This document shows, piece after piece, positions 19,394 through 29,333 of a DNA stretch of 64,000 nucleotides (within the stretch, counting starts at the first letter, position 1; each line of letters begins with the position of its first letter). The notes below the pieces were generated by a model. The model saw nothing but the letters and a program-made list of their open reading frames with translations. It ran no database searches and was not told the DNA's origin. This DNA is from Acholeplasmatales bacterium. Lineage in GTDB: Bacteria; Bacillota_I; Bacilli_A; Acholeplasmatales; Acholeplasmataceae. The stretch lies in assembly GCA_003249785.1 (NCBI GenBank), contig QKIB01000101.1, forward strand, positions 2,970 to 66,969. The letters run 5' to 3'. The position numbers and the translations under genes were made by a program.

Positions 19394-21223
19394 ATGATGA
19401 AGACTTACAAAGAATTACAAGGCTGGGTTGATGAAATGGCAGCATTATGCCAGCCAGATCGTATTGTATGGTGTGTCGGTAGTGATGAAGAAAATGAACG
19501 GTTCATGAGTGAACTAGTATCAACCAAGAAGGCATTAAAACTAAATCCTGAAAAGAGACCAGGTTCATATGCGTTCTTTAGTGATCCGTCGGATGTTGCA
19601 AGGGTTGAAAATAGAACGTTCATTGCATCTCAATTAGAAGAAGATGCTGGTCCAACTAATAATTGGCGTGATCCCGAAGTTTTAAAAGAAACAATGACTG
19701 AATTGTTTCGTGGCTCCATGAAGGGAAGAACGATGTATGTTATTCCCTATATGATGGGTCCATTTGGTTCTCCATTATCAAAAATAGGCATTCAACTTAC
19801 TGATAGCCTTTATGTCGTTGTCAATATGCGGATGATGACCAGATTTGGATCTAAAGTTCTTGAAGCACTTAAAGAACAAGATGCCTTTGTTCCTTGTTTG
19901 CATTCTGTAGGTTACCCATTGGAACCAGGACAAGAAGATCTGGAATGGCCATCAACACCCATTGATTATAAATACATTGCACATTTTCCTGAAGAAAGAC
20001 TGATCTGGTCTTATGGTTCTGGATATGGTGGGAATGCTCTTTTGGGAAAGAAATGTTTAGCTTTAAGAATAGCATCGAAAATAGCCAAAGACGAAATGTG
20101 GATGGCAGAACATATGCTGATCTTGAAATTAACCAATCCAGAAGGTAAAACAAAGTACATCCTTGGTGCATTTCCAAGTGCATGTGGTAAGACAAATTTA
20201 TCTATGCTCATTCCAACATTACCAGGATGGAAAGTGGAAACTGTTGGTGATGATATCGCCTGGATATGGATGAAACCAGATGGAAAACTTTATGCAATCA
20301 ATCCTGAATCTGGGTTTTTCGGAGTTGCAAAAGGAACAAGTTATCAATCCAATTATAATGCAATGAAGGCAATTGAGAAAAATACGATTTTCACGAATGT
20401 TGCAATCACAGATGATTTAGATGTCTGGTGGGAAGGGATTGATGGAGAAGTTCCCGAACACTTGATGGATTGGAAAAAACAAGATTGGACAAAAGATTCT
20501 GTAACTCCAGCTGCTCATCCAAATTCCAGATTTACTGTATCAACTTCACAATGTCCAGTTTTAGCAGAGGAATGGGATCAGCCAGAAGGTGTTGAAATTT
20601 CTGCTATTTTGGTTGGAGGCAGAAGACCATCAACCATTCCGCTCGTTCATGAAAGTCTTGGATGGAAACATGGTGTCTTTATGGGCTCCATGATGGGATC
20701 AGAGCTCACAGCAGCCACCATTTCCAAAGAAATTGGCAAAGTGAGAAGAGATCCTTTTGCTATGCTACCTTTCATCGGTTATCACGTTGGTGATTATCTC
20801 CAACATTGGCTGGATATGGGCAAAAAGTCGAATTATGCGATGCTTCCAAAGATTTTTTATGTCAATTGGTTTAGAAAGAATGAAGATGGCGCATTCATTT
20901 GGCCAGGTTTCGGTGAAAATTCACGGGTGTTGAAGTGGATCTTTGAACGGTGTGATGAATCTGTCAAAGCTGAACTTACACCTATTGGTTATGTGCCTGC
21001 CAAAGGGTCCATTGATCTGACTGGCTTGGATCTTACTGAAGACGACATGGAAACTTTAAGAATCATTGATACTGATGGATGGCTTCATGAAGTCGAATCA
21101 ATTAGAGAATATTATCATACTATAGGTTCGAAACTTCCAGTGGTACTAGAAGAAGAACTTAATAAACTGGAAAGTAGATTGAAGTTTTTTGATGTGAATA
21201 ATCAAAATACGGATGATTATTAA
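19394..21223 (+). CDS. pckG: Phosphoenolpyruvate carboxykinase (GTP)
   Basis: DVARVE, GSGYGGNALLGKKC, AFPSACGKTNL, VGDDIAW and RRDPFAMLPF. Confidence 0.96.
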   Translation: MMKTYKELQGWVDEMAALCQPDRIVWCVGSDEENERFMSELVSTKKALKLNPEKRPGSYAFFSDPSDVARVENRTFIASQLEEDAGPTNNWRDPEVLKETMTELFRGSMKGRTMYVIPYMMGPFGSPLSKIGIQLTDSLYVVVNMRMMTRFGSKVLEALKEQDAFVPCLHSVGYPLEPGQEDLEWPSTPIDYKYIAHFPEERLIWSYGSGYGGNALLGKKCLALRIASKIAKDEMWMAEHMLILKLTNPEGKTKYILGAFPSACGKTNLSMLIPTLPGWKVETVGDDIAWIWMKPDGKLYAINPESGFFGVAKGTSYQSNYNAMKAIEKNTIFTNVAITDDLDVWWEGIDGEVPEHLMDWKKQDWTKDSVTPAAHPNSRFTVSTSQCPVLAEEWDQPEGVEISAILVGGRRPSTIPLVHESLGWKHGVFMGSMMGSELTAATISKEIGKVRRDPFAMLPFIGYHVGDYLQHWLDMGKKSNYAMLPKIFYVNWFRKNEDGAFIWPGFGENSRVLKWIFERCDESVKAELTPIGYVPAKGSIDLTGLDLTEDDMETLRIIDTDGWLHEVESIREYYHTIGSKLPVVLEEELNKLESRLKFFDVNNQNTDDY

Positions 21224-21258
21224 TCATCTAGACTAAAAAAATAAGAGAGGGATATTGT

Positions 21259-21759
21259 ATGAAACAATTTTACATGAAGCAGAAAGTATTTTCGATTCGA
21301 GATACTTATCAAGTGTTTGATGAAGCACAGAATGTCATATATCATGGGAAAGGCAAAGTTTTTTCTATGCATGATCGTTTGGATTTGATTAAGGATTCAA
21401 CTGATGAAACCATCTATAGAATGCGAAAGAAACTTTTTAAATTCATGCCGACATACTTGCTATTAGATAGTATGGATAATTTTGTCGCTGAAATTAGAAA
21501 GAAGATTTCACTTAGAACTCATCTCTCCGTTCAATGTTCTATGGGTGATTATGCAGTTAAAGGTGACATCATGGGACATACTTTTTCAATTCTTGATGGG
21601 GAAAAGGAAGTTGCAAACGTCACTAAAAAATGGATTTCATGGGGAGACACATACCAAATAACGATTCATGAAGACAAGAAAGTTGATTTTATTATTGCAT
21701 TAATTATTTTGGTTGATAAGGTGTTTCATGAATCAGATCGAAGAAGCAGTCACAGTTAA
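21259..21759 (+). CDS. LURP-one-related/Tubby C-terminal-like (YxjI) protein
   Basis: YMKQKVFSIRD N-terminus and KKWISWGDTYQI motif. Confidence 0.8.
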   Translation: MKQFYMKQKVFSIRDTYQVFDEAQNVIYHGKGKVFSMHDRLDLIKDSTDETIYRMRKKLFKFMPTYLLLDSMDNFVAEIRKKISLRTHLSVQCSMGDYAVKGDIMGHTFSILDGEKEVANVTKKWISWGDTYQITIHEDKKVDFIIALIILVDKVFHESDRRSSHS

Positions 21760-21786
21760 TTAGGATTGGCGAGAAAGGGTGATACA

Positions 21787-22242
21787 ATGATTGGAAATTA
21801 CATGAGTCCGTTAGGCAATATCTATTTTAAGATACATGATGGTTATGTCACTGATATGGCAATCGATAATTCGGGACTGAAATCCGATAAGGATCCAGCA
21901 ATTAACCAAGTTCAAAAAGAATTGGAAAACTATTTTAATCATGACTCTGAAATTTTCACGATTCCAATCAAATTTGATCGTGGAACGCCATTTCAACAAG
22001 AAGTCTGGCATGCATTATTAACCATCCCTTATGGTGAAACTAAAACCTATCAGGAAATCGCTATGATGATTGGAAGACCGAGTGCAATACGTGCTGTAGG
22101 TCAAGCTTGCAAGAAAAATCCAATTGGCATTATCGTGCCTTGTCATAGAGTTATTGGTAAAGATGGATCGATGAGAGGATACTCTGGACCAGATCATGTT
22201 GACTTGAAACAAAAACTAATTGATCATGAAAAAAGAACATGA
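21787..22242 (+). CDS. ogt: Methylated-DNA--protein-cysteine methyltransferase
   Basis: GTPFQQEVW, IPYGET, RAVG, NPIGIIVPCHRVIG; start moved to ATG 21787. Confidence 0.92.
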   Translation: MIGNYMSPLGNIYFKIHDGYVTDMAIDNSGLKSDKDPAINQVQKELENYFNHDSEIFTIPIKFDRGTPFQQEVWHALLTIPYGETKTYQEIAMMIGRPSAIRAVGQACKKNPIGIIVPCHRVIGKDGSMRGYSGPDHVDLKQKLIDHEKRT

Positions 22243-22249
22243 GGAACAT

Positions 22250-23374
22250 ATGATAGAGTCTTTGAAAAAGTACAGACAAGATCTTCATCAAATTCCAGAA
22301 TTAGCATTTGATCTTTTTCTCACAAGTGCTTATCTGAAAAAAGAACTTGAAAGTATGGGATATCAAACAGAAACGGTAGCTCAAACCGGTATCATTGCAG
22401 TTCGAAAAGGTTCTAGTGCGGAAGCGATCGCTTTTCGATCAGATATGGATGCACTACCGGTCGAAGAAAAGACTGCTGTATCCTTTCAGTCCCGGCATCC
22501 TTTTAAAATGCACGCGTGCGGACACGACGGGCATTTGGCAATGCTTTTAGGATTTGCATCCTACATAGCAGCTCTACCTGCACTCAAAAAAACTGTTGTT
22601 CTGATTTTTCAGCCAGCAGAAGAAGGGCCTGGTGGAGCGAAAGTTATCATAGAATCTGGCCTTTTTGATAAATACCAGATTACATCAATCTACGGGATTC
22701 ATCTCTATCCAGGACTTAAAGAAGGACAATATGGTTTAGTTGACGGACCGATGCTCGCTCAAAACGGTGAGTTTAATCTTAAGATCACTGGAAAATCAGC
22801 ACATGCAGCACAACCTCATTTGGGTCATGATGCCATCTTAGCAGCGTCAGAACTTATTCATCTTTATCATCAAATCATCAGCAGAATGATAGACCCTTTG
22901 GAACATGCAGTGATTACAGTTGGGACGATCCAAGGTGGTGAAGCACGCAATATTATCGCCAATGAAGTGAAGATATCAGGAACGATTCGAAGTTTCAATG
23001 ATGCAGTATATCAAAAGTTGAAAGATCAAATGCGAAACATAGATCGAGGTATTGAAGAACTGTATGATGTCCATGTGGAAAACGATATCATGGATTACTA
23101 TCCTCCTGTAATTAATGATCACCATTTATTTGAAACACTAAAACAAGATTTAGATCCCTCGATGTTCACAATAATTAGACCGATGATGTTTGCTGAAGAT
23201 TTTGCCTTTTATCAAAAAGTGGTTCCTGGTTTGTTTATCATGTTAGGAACAAGAAATGAAGTTAAAGGGTATATACATCCACTCCATAGTTGTTACTTCA
23301 ATTTTGATGAATCCGTTCTAATCAAGGGCGTTGAACATTACATTCGAATTTCTAAGTTGATGAAAATCTTCTAA
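22250..23374 (+). CDS. M20D family amidohydrolase
   Basis: LHQIPE, RSDMDALP, MHACGHDGH, FQPAEEG, AEDF and LHS; start moved to ATG 22250 (RBS GAGGA). Confidence 0.88.
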   Translation: MIESLKKYRQDLHQIPELAFDLFLTSAYLKKELESMGYQTETVAQTGIIAVRKGSSAEAIAFRSDMDALPVEEKTAVSFQSRHPFKMHACGHDGHLAMLLGFASYIAALPALKKTVVLIFQPAEEGPGGAKVIIESGLFDKYQITSIYGIHLYPGLKEGQYGLVDGPMLAQNGEFNLKITGKSAHAAQPHLGHDAILAASELIHLYHQIISRMIDPLEHAVITVGTIQGGEARNIIANEVKISGTIRSFNDAVYQKLKDQMRNIDRGIEELYDVHVENDIMDYYPPVINDHHLFETLKQDLDPSMFTIIRPMMFAEDFAFYQKVVPGLFIMLGTRNEVKGYIHPLHSCYFNFDESVLIKGVEHYIRISKLMKIF

Positions 23375-23409
23375 ATAAACCGCAAAACAAGATTATAAAA
23401 ATAATGAAT

Positions 23410-23440
23410 AAGAAGTATCCCTTAAGGGATCTTTTTTTTT
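23410..23440 (+). terminator. Intrinsic terminator upstream of fibre cluster 1
   Basis: ATCCC-ttaa-GGGAT followed by C and a long T-run. Confidence 0.65.
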
Positions 23441-23537
23441 ACAGTTTGTGGCTTTCTGTTGAATTAACAAAAACTTAACAATTGAGTAATAAAATAGAAA
23501 AATTTGCCATATATAATGTGCGTGTAGAGGAAAGGAA

Positions 23538-24263
23538 GTGATGCTGATGACTATCTCACAAATCGTTTCTCCAAGAAAAATGGCACGAAGAAGTCGATTA
23601 CTCAGAGTAAGCTTAATGGTATCAGGATTTCTATCCGTGTTGTTCGCCATCATTAGTTATTACGGACAAAGCAGTGGAAACTTCGTGATGTCGGTGGATT
23701 ACACAGCCTATCACAGAGGTATCATCTTGTCCAATGATTCAACTTTCACACTTCCAGAACCTCAGTTGATGACACAACCTGTCAATGATGCAAGAGATAT
23801 CACCTATTCCTGGATCAAACTTGATGAGATTGAACAGACAGATGGGAATTTTATAGACCCGGATTATGATTACATTGCCTATACATTTTATCTCAAGAAT
23901 GAAGGTAACGAACCAGTTGATGTGATTTACTCAATCAAAATCACTGATTCACAAAATGATCTTGATAAATCAGTAAGGGTTTTGGTTATCGAAGATGGTA
24001 GTGCAACTATGTTTCAAAAACCAGATACTGCAGATGCCAATGGCAATTATCCATCGTATCCCGGCATTTTACCAGACACCAAGTATTTCCTCTCCAACAG
24101 TATTGTAACAAGAAAGAAGATCTTGAACTTCCAACCAGATGAGTATAAGAAATTCTCAGTCATCGTATGGCTTGAAGGTCAGGATCCAGATACCACAGAT
24201 GCAATTATCGGTGGCAACATCAAACTTCAGATGGTCTTTGCAATCGACGATAATACGGTATAA
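23538..24263 (+). CDS. Cluster 1 gene A: single-TM surface protein sharing the WxEGxD C-terminal motif of the fibre subunits
   Basis: Basic N-terminus, TM, YYGQSSGNFVMSVD, YTFYLKNEG, VWLEGQDPD; paralog of 44245..44961. Confidence 0.8.
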   Translation: MMLMTISQIVSPRKMARRSRLLRVSLMVSGFLSVLFAIISYYGQSSGNFVMSVDYTAYHRGIILSNDSTFTLPEPQLMTQPVNDARDITYSWIKLDEIEQTDGNFIDPDYDYIAYTFYLKNEGNEPVDVIYSIKITDSQNDLDKSVRVLVIEDGSATMFQKPDTADANGNYPSYPGILPDTKYFLSNSIVTRKKILNFQPDEYKKFSVIVWLEGQDPDTTDAIIGGNIKLQMVFAIDDNTV

Positions 24264-24267
24264 GCCA

Positions 24268-25239
24268 ATGATGATCTACTTAAAAAGGTTTTATCTCTCA
24301 TTGATTGCTTTAACACTAGTCTTTATGATTTTTGGAACTGTAACATATGCTTGGATTAGTATGGCATCAGTCAATACAGTTGATGGGATGTCCTTAACTG
24401 CAACAAGTGGTAATGAATTGTTAATCTCCATAGACGGCATTAATTATGCACAAGACTTACCTGCAGCTGCCTTGGATGAAATCTTAAGAAACGTCAGACT
24501 TGTGGATGTCACATCCACTGATGGAATTAATTTTCAAAGAGGGGGATTGAGTGAAAATGAAGCAGTTATACCCAACCAACACTACCTGACATTCGAATTA
24601 TGGATACAGACCGTTCAACCAGAGCATGACATTTATTTGGTTGATAATGTCAATTCACAAGTATCTTATGATACGACGATGAGTGGCACATACGTTGTAT
24701 CACAAGGGATTCACTGGAAACCTGAAGTTGCGTTCATCAATGGACCCTTGGTAACCGATATTGTTCAAAAGAATGAAGAACATGTCTATTACGCCAGCGA
24801 TGCTGTCCGAATATCCATTAGGGAACTGAAAGATAGAGAGAATCCATATGATACCAGAAGTGATGATGAGCTTAACATGTTGATCTATGATCCTTCTGAA
24901 GATGAAACCAGAGGATATGGTATATCTTACGGTGCATATAGTTACTTTCTTGCCAGTTCCAATATGAGTCTCATCTTACCCGAACCATTAACAAACATCA
25001 GTTATAGACTGTCATCCTTTGATCCATATGATCCTTATCTTGCTTTAGATGATACGTCAAGAGTTGCACGTTTACAACCAACTGATCAAGTCAATGTTCA
25101 AGGTAAAACATATTATCGAGGCAAAATTGTTGTAACGATCTGGATTGAAGGCTGGGATGCGGATGCATTCAACTCCATTCTAAGTGATCGAATCAAAGTT
25201 CAATTAAGATTTAAAGCTGCAAGAAGCAGCACTTCATAA
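24268..25239 (+). CDS. Cluster 1 gene B: SipW-class signal peptide protein (TasA/BsaA-like)
   Basis: GTVTYA|WISM signal, IWIEGWDAD motif; paralog of 44969..45946. Start moved from 24139 to 24268. Confidence 0.8.
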   Translation: MMIYLKRFYLSLIALTLVFMIFGTVTYAWISMASVNTVDGMSLTATSGNELLISIDGINYAQDLPAAALDEILRNVRLVDVTSTDGINFQRGGLSENEAVIPNQHYLTFELWIQTVQPEHDIYLVDNVNSQVSYDTTMSGTYVVSQGIHWKPEVAFINGPLVTDIVQKNEEHVYYASDAVRISIRELKDRENPYDTRSDDELNMLIYDPSEDETRGYGISYGAYSYFLASSNMSLILPEPLTNISYRLSSFDPYDPYLALDDTSRVARLQPTDQVNVQGKTYYRGKIVVTIWIEGWDADAFNSILSDRIKVQLRFKAARSSTS

Positions 25240-25281
25240 ATGAAACATAGAAAAATATAAAAATTAAAGGAGAAATGAATC

Positions 25282-26223
25282 ATGAGTAGTATTGCTAGAA
25301 AATTATTATTATCAGTTGTTGCGGTCCTCTTATCAGTGGTAGCATTTGGTACGACGACATTTGCGTGGTTTACGATTACGAACGTTTCCGAAGTTCAACC
25401 TTTCCAATCGGACGTTATAACAGACAATGGTATTGAAGTTTCCTTAGATGGAACAACTTGGGTAACTGCACTTACCACAGAAATGATTGATGCATACATT
25501 GCAACCAATTATCCTGGCGGATTTGCATTCAATCACGTGACATCACCTGTTGGTGATTCACAATTTTCAACACTGGGTACTTTAGGTGTTACAGATGATG
25601 GAACAGCTTCTGTTCTAAGAATCAATATATTGTTCAGATCAAATAATGCAAACGCTATTTTATGGACAGGCGTCAATCTTTCTGCAACCACTTCAACATG
25701 GACATCTGATGTTTCTTTCATAAGAACATCAGCACTTCCTACTGGAACAGCAGTTTCTTCTGGTAGTTCAATTGCAGTGAATCCTGCAAATGCAATGCGC
25801 ATTTCATTAAGAGGGAATAATGTATTAGATACTGACCCATTTGTTTATGAACTTCCTGCTGGTGACAACGCTGGTGCATATAACACAGTTTTAGGTGGTG
25901 ATGGTGTTACACCTGCTGATTTCAGTGATGGTGTTGCAGCTGGTCAAGGTGATCCAGGTTCATACAATTATTACTATGTCAAGACTGGTGCATTGATTTC
26001 TGGTACTGATGCAGTTGTCACTGCTCCAACGATTACAGCAGTTGATGATGCAGACAATGCTCAACTCGTCTTGCATATGTCAGCAGACACAACATATGAC
26101 ACAACTTATTGGGGTCAAGTTTCCATCCGTATATGGTTTGAAGGTTGGGATGCTGAAGCTTATAACTCATTACTTGGTAGAATGATTACTACATCATTCA
26201 CATTTGAAGGTACATCAATCTAA
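25282..26223 (+). CDS. Cluster 1 gene C: putative major fibre subunit with SipW-class signal peptide
   Basis: RKLLLS...GTTTFA|WFT, IWFEGWDAEAYNS, strong AAAGGAG RBS; paralog of 46001..46963. Confidence 0.82.
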   Translation: MSSIARKLLLSVVAVLLSVVAFGTTTFAWFTITNVSEVQPFQSDVITDNGIEVSLDGTTWVTALTTEMIDAYIATNYPGGFAFNHVTSPVGDSQFSTLGTLGVTDDGTASVLRINILFRSNNANAILWTGVNLSATTSTWTSDVSFIRTSALPTGTAVSSGSSIAVNPANAMRISLRGNNVLDTDPFVYELPAGDNAGAYNTVLGGDGVTPADFSDGVAAGQGDPGSYNYYYVKTGALISGTDAVVTAPTITAVDDADNAQLVLHMSADTTYDTTYWGQVSIRIWFEGWDAEAYNSLLGRMITTSFTFEGTSI

Positions 26224-26262
26224 GCATAAGATCGTATTTTCTAGAAACATTAGTCATGTCAA

Positions 26263-26297
26263 GGGAAAGTGCATCATTTGATGGTGCACTTCCTCCC
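26263..26297 (+). promoter_or_regulatory. Intra-operon stem-loop without U-tract after the major subunit gene
   Basis: GGGAAAGTGCATCAT-ttg-ATGGTGCACTTCCTCCC. Confidence 0.6.
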
Positions 26298-26324
26298 AAT
26301 GTTTCATCGATCTAGGGGGATACC

Positions 26325-26996
26325 ATGAACAAGAACATTCATCCCAATTTAATCAGGTGTGTTCATGGAGTAACAACAGCTTTGTTCATCCTGCTGATTG
26401 TTACTTTATTGATTTTTACACTCGCAAATAAGGATTTAAATCAATCCGATGATGTTGCACAATTGATGGGTCTAGGCTTTTTATCAGCTGAAAGCTCCGA
26501 GGCATCTGGGCTATATAATCAAGGTGATGTGATTTTCATCAATCTCATTGATGAGGGATCACTCACTACTCAGATCAATCAAGGAACTTATGTGACCTAT
26601 TATGACGAACATGCGCATCAATTTGTCACGGGTTACGTAGAGATGATTTATGAAGATCACGGATCAACTTATGTAGAAACAAACCTGAGTGTCGGCAGTT
26701 TGGAAAGTCAGGTTATAACGATGGATCAAATTATTGGGACTTATCATGCGAAGGTCATTGGATTTGGATCCATGCTTGATTACCTACAAACCCCAAAAGG
26801 CTTTGCTGTGTTCATCTTAATGCCGGTTTTGACATTGCTGATGTTTGAAATCACGATCTTGATTAAAAATATGGATCATTATCAGCAAGTCAGATTCCAG
26901 GCAAGCTTCAAGAAGAAGTATCAGCATGCCATCAAGAAATTAGAAGTACAAACTAAAAAGATTAAAGATAAGATCTTGTCAAATTGGTTGTCTTAA
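26325..26996 (+). CDS. Cluster 1 gene D: SipW-like (S26) signal peptidase homolog with degenerate active site
   Basis: Collinear with 47100..47798 (GFLS, GDVIF, VTYYD, LDYLQTPKGFAVFILMPV) but lacks the S-x-S-M, HR and QGD-N motifs. Confidence 0.72.
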   Translation: MNKNIHPNLIRCVHGVTTALFILLIVTLLIFTLANKDLNQSDDVAQLMGLGFLSAESSEASGLYNQGDVIFINLIDEGSLTTQINQGTYVTYYDEHAHQFVTGYVEMIYEDHGSTYVETNLSVGSLESQVITMDQIIGTYHAKVIGFGSMLDYLQTPKGFAVFILMPVLTLLMFEITILIKNMDHYQQVRFQASFKKKYQHAIKKLEVQTKKIKDKILSNWLS

Positions 26997-27012
26997 TTAG
27001 AAAGGATTCCTC

Positions 27013-28548
27013 ATGCAAGAATTTGGGCGCTATTATACTAATCTTCTTAATCAACTGTTTACCGCACTTTTGGATTTTTTCAGAAGTTTGTTTCAAGCTA
27101 TCGGTAAATTGTTCGTTAATGGGTTTGGACAAATAGGTAGAGATTTCATCTCTGCAAGCGCAAGTTTTTCGATTGTGGACTGGTTAATGGCTTTTGGTGT
27201 TTTGATCGCTAATTTTGTATTCATTGGAATCATTGGTTACAAATTGGTTAAACTTGGTAACAAATATATTCGATTTACTAAGTCAGAAATAGAAAAAGAT
27301 CAATTAATGGAAGAAATCTCTGCATTGAATCAAAAAACAATTGAGTTAATTGAAGAAAAGAATAAAATTCTTGCACTTAAAGTCTCTAGCTTGGGACTCA
27401 ATCCTGATGAACTGAATGAAAATGCAGAAGAAGAGTTGAATTCAGAAAATCGTTATGCGAATTCAAGATTTGTTAAGCTCTTGCAAGTTGATGATTTTTA
27501 TCATCAAGAAAAGCATATTCCAATCATGAAGGAAGAACACATGATCAACTTAAAGAGCATGGTAAATCAATTCATCGATTTCTCAGCATCAAAGCTTGGT
27601 TTGTTTTATGATAAAAAGATAATCTCAGCATTCTTTTCTGGCTTGGCAACGTCAAGAACAATGATTTTAGAAGGAATCTCAGGAACAGGGAAAACATCGC
27701 TACCTTATGCAATGGGTAAGTTTTTTGGAAATAATGCAAGCATCATACCTGTTCAACCTTCCTGGAGAGATAGAGCTGAAATGATTGGTTATTTGAATGA
27801 ATTCACGAAGAAGTTCAATGAAACAGACTTTCTAAAAGCTGTTTATGAAACCACCTATCGTGATGATATCAATATCATTGTTCTTGATGAAATGAATTTA
27901 GCACGTGTTGAATATTATTTTGCTGAACTCCTTTCTATTTTGGAAATGCCAGATGCAGATCAATGGCTGATCGATGTCGTCAGCGATACAAAGCCTGGTG
28001 ATCCCAAGCATCTCGTTAAAGGAAAGATCTTGTTACCTCAAAATGTTTGGTTTGTCGGAACTGCGAATAAAGATGATTCAACATTTACTATTACCGATAA
28101 GGTTTATGACCGAGCAGTACCAATTGAAATCAATTCAAAATCAAATTATATAGATGCACCTGATACCGAAGGTATCACCATGAGTTATGAATATCTTAAT
28201 CAACTTTTCAATATTGCCTTCCATGAACATGCAATCTCTAAACATACGATGGATCGCTTGGAAAAGTTGGATAGCTTCATCACTGAGAATTTTAAAGTGA
28301 CTTTCGGGAATCGTATCATGAAACAAATCAAGATGTTTGTTCCGGTTTATGTTGCATGTGGAGGCACAGAACTTGAAGCACTTGATTACATGGTAGCAAG
28401 AAAGATTCTTCGTAAATTTGAGACGCTAAATCTACCTTTTATGCAGGATGAAATTGAAGACTTGTCTAAACTGTTTACAAAACTTTTTGGTAAAAACGAA
28501 TTTGTTGAATGTCAGGCATTCTTGGATACAATTAAAAAACAATTTTAA
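27013..28548 (+). CDS. Cluster 1 gene E: membrane-anchored McrB-like AAA+ GTPase
   Basis: N-terminal amphipathic/TM region and coiled coil; GISGTGKT, VQPSWRD, VLDEMNLARVEYYFA, GTANKDDSTFTITDKVYDRA, FGNR. Confidence 0.85.
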   Translation: MQEFGRYYTNLLNQLFTALLDFFRSLFQAIGKLFVNGFGQIGRDFISASASFSIVDWLMAFGVLIANFVFIGIIGYKLVKLGNKYIRFTKSEIEKDQLMEEISALNQKTIELIEEKNKILALKVSSLGLNPDELNENAEEELNSENRYANSRFVKLLQVDDFYHQEKHIPIMKEEHMINLKSMVNQFIDFSASKLGLFYDKKIISAFFSGLATSRTMILEGISGTGKTSLPYAMGKFFGNNASIIPVQPSWRDRAEMIGYLNEFTKKFNETDFLKAVYETTYRDDINIIVLDEMNLARVEYYFAELLSILEMPDADQWLIDVVSDTKPGDPKHLVKGKILLPQNVWFVGTANKDDSTFTITDKVYDRAVPIEINSKSNYIDAPDTEGITMSYEYLNQLFNIAFHEHAISKHTMDRLEKLDSFITENFKVTFGNRIMKQIKMFVPVYVACGGTELEALDYMVARKILRKFETLNLPFMQDEIEDLSKLFTKLFGKNEFVECQAFLDTIKKQF

Positions 28549-28564
28549 GTAAGGAAGTAGGATT

Positions 28565-29320
28565 ATGAGTATAGAACGTGTCAAACGATATCGAAAATTA
28601 ATCATATCATCCATTTTCTATATTTTGTTGGTAACTGTATCTACCACTTATATTACCTATGCTTGGTTCACCATTTCAAATACTAACAATGCAAATCTTG
28701 TATCACATATATCAGAAATTGAGGCAGAATATGAATTCTTCGTCTATCAGAATGCACAGCGTGATGGTAGTGATGAACTCACTTTAAATAACAATGTTTG
28801 CACAACTTTAGGCGAAGATTTGTGTTATCTTTATATTCCAAATCCAATTGAACCTTTTGCTATTGATGGATCTACAGCTCCAGGGGAACGATTCTCATTT
28901 GCAATTCGAATTACAAGTGTCAATAATCCAATTGGATCGCTGCATCTTGATTTGGGTGGCCTCATCTCTGAAGGATATGATATTCCAGAGAACAAACTGC
29001 AAACTGCATTTTATTATCAAGTAGATAAGATTTCTTATAGTAATGCTGGAGTTGAAACTGCTGATGTAAAAGATAGCTTGGGCATTATTTATCATCAAGG
29101 ATACTTTACTTATGATAATGATACTTATTATCCATTGGTTTCAAATGTCCCAATGCAAGATGAAGAGAATACTAGTACGATGATCATCATCTATTTTGAT
29201 CTATATTTTGATCCAAATGTTTATGGTCAAATGGCTGATGGAACACCATATACTAACAGTAATATATTTGCCAATCAGAAATTTACGATCAACGGTCTTT
29301 ATATGGGTGTATCAGGATAG
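28565..29320 (+). CDS. Cluster 1 gene G: SipW-class signal peptide protein
   Basis: YITYA|WFTISNTN, APGERFSFAI; paralog of 51265..52017. Confidence 0.78.
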   Translation: MSIERVKRYRKLIISSIFYILLVTVSTTYITYAWFTISNTNNANLVSHISEIEAEYEFFVYQNAQRDGSDELTLNNNVCTTLGEDLCYLYIPNPIEPFAIDGSTAPGERFSFAIRITSVNNPIGSLHLDLGGLISEGYDIPENKLQTAFYYQVDKISYSNAGVETADVKDSLGIIYHQGYFTYDNDTYYPLVSNVPMQDEENTSTMIIIYFDLYFDPNVYGQMADGTPYTNSNIFANQKFTINGLYMGVSG

Positions 29321-29333
29321 GACAGGTGATTAA

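Noticed and set aside
24139-24267. N-terminal extension of ORF 24139..25239
   Set aside because: Overlaps gene A; the paralog and signal peptide position indicate a start at 24268 or 24271.
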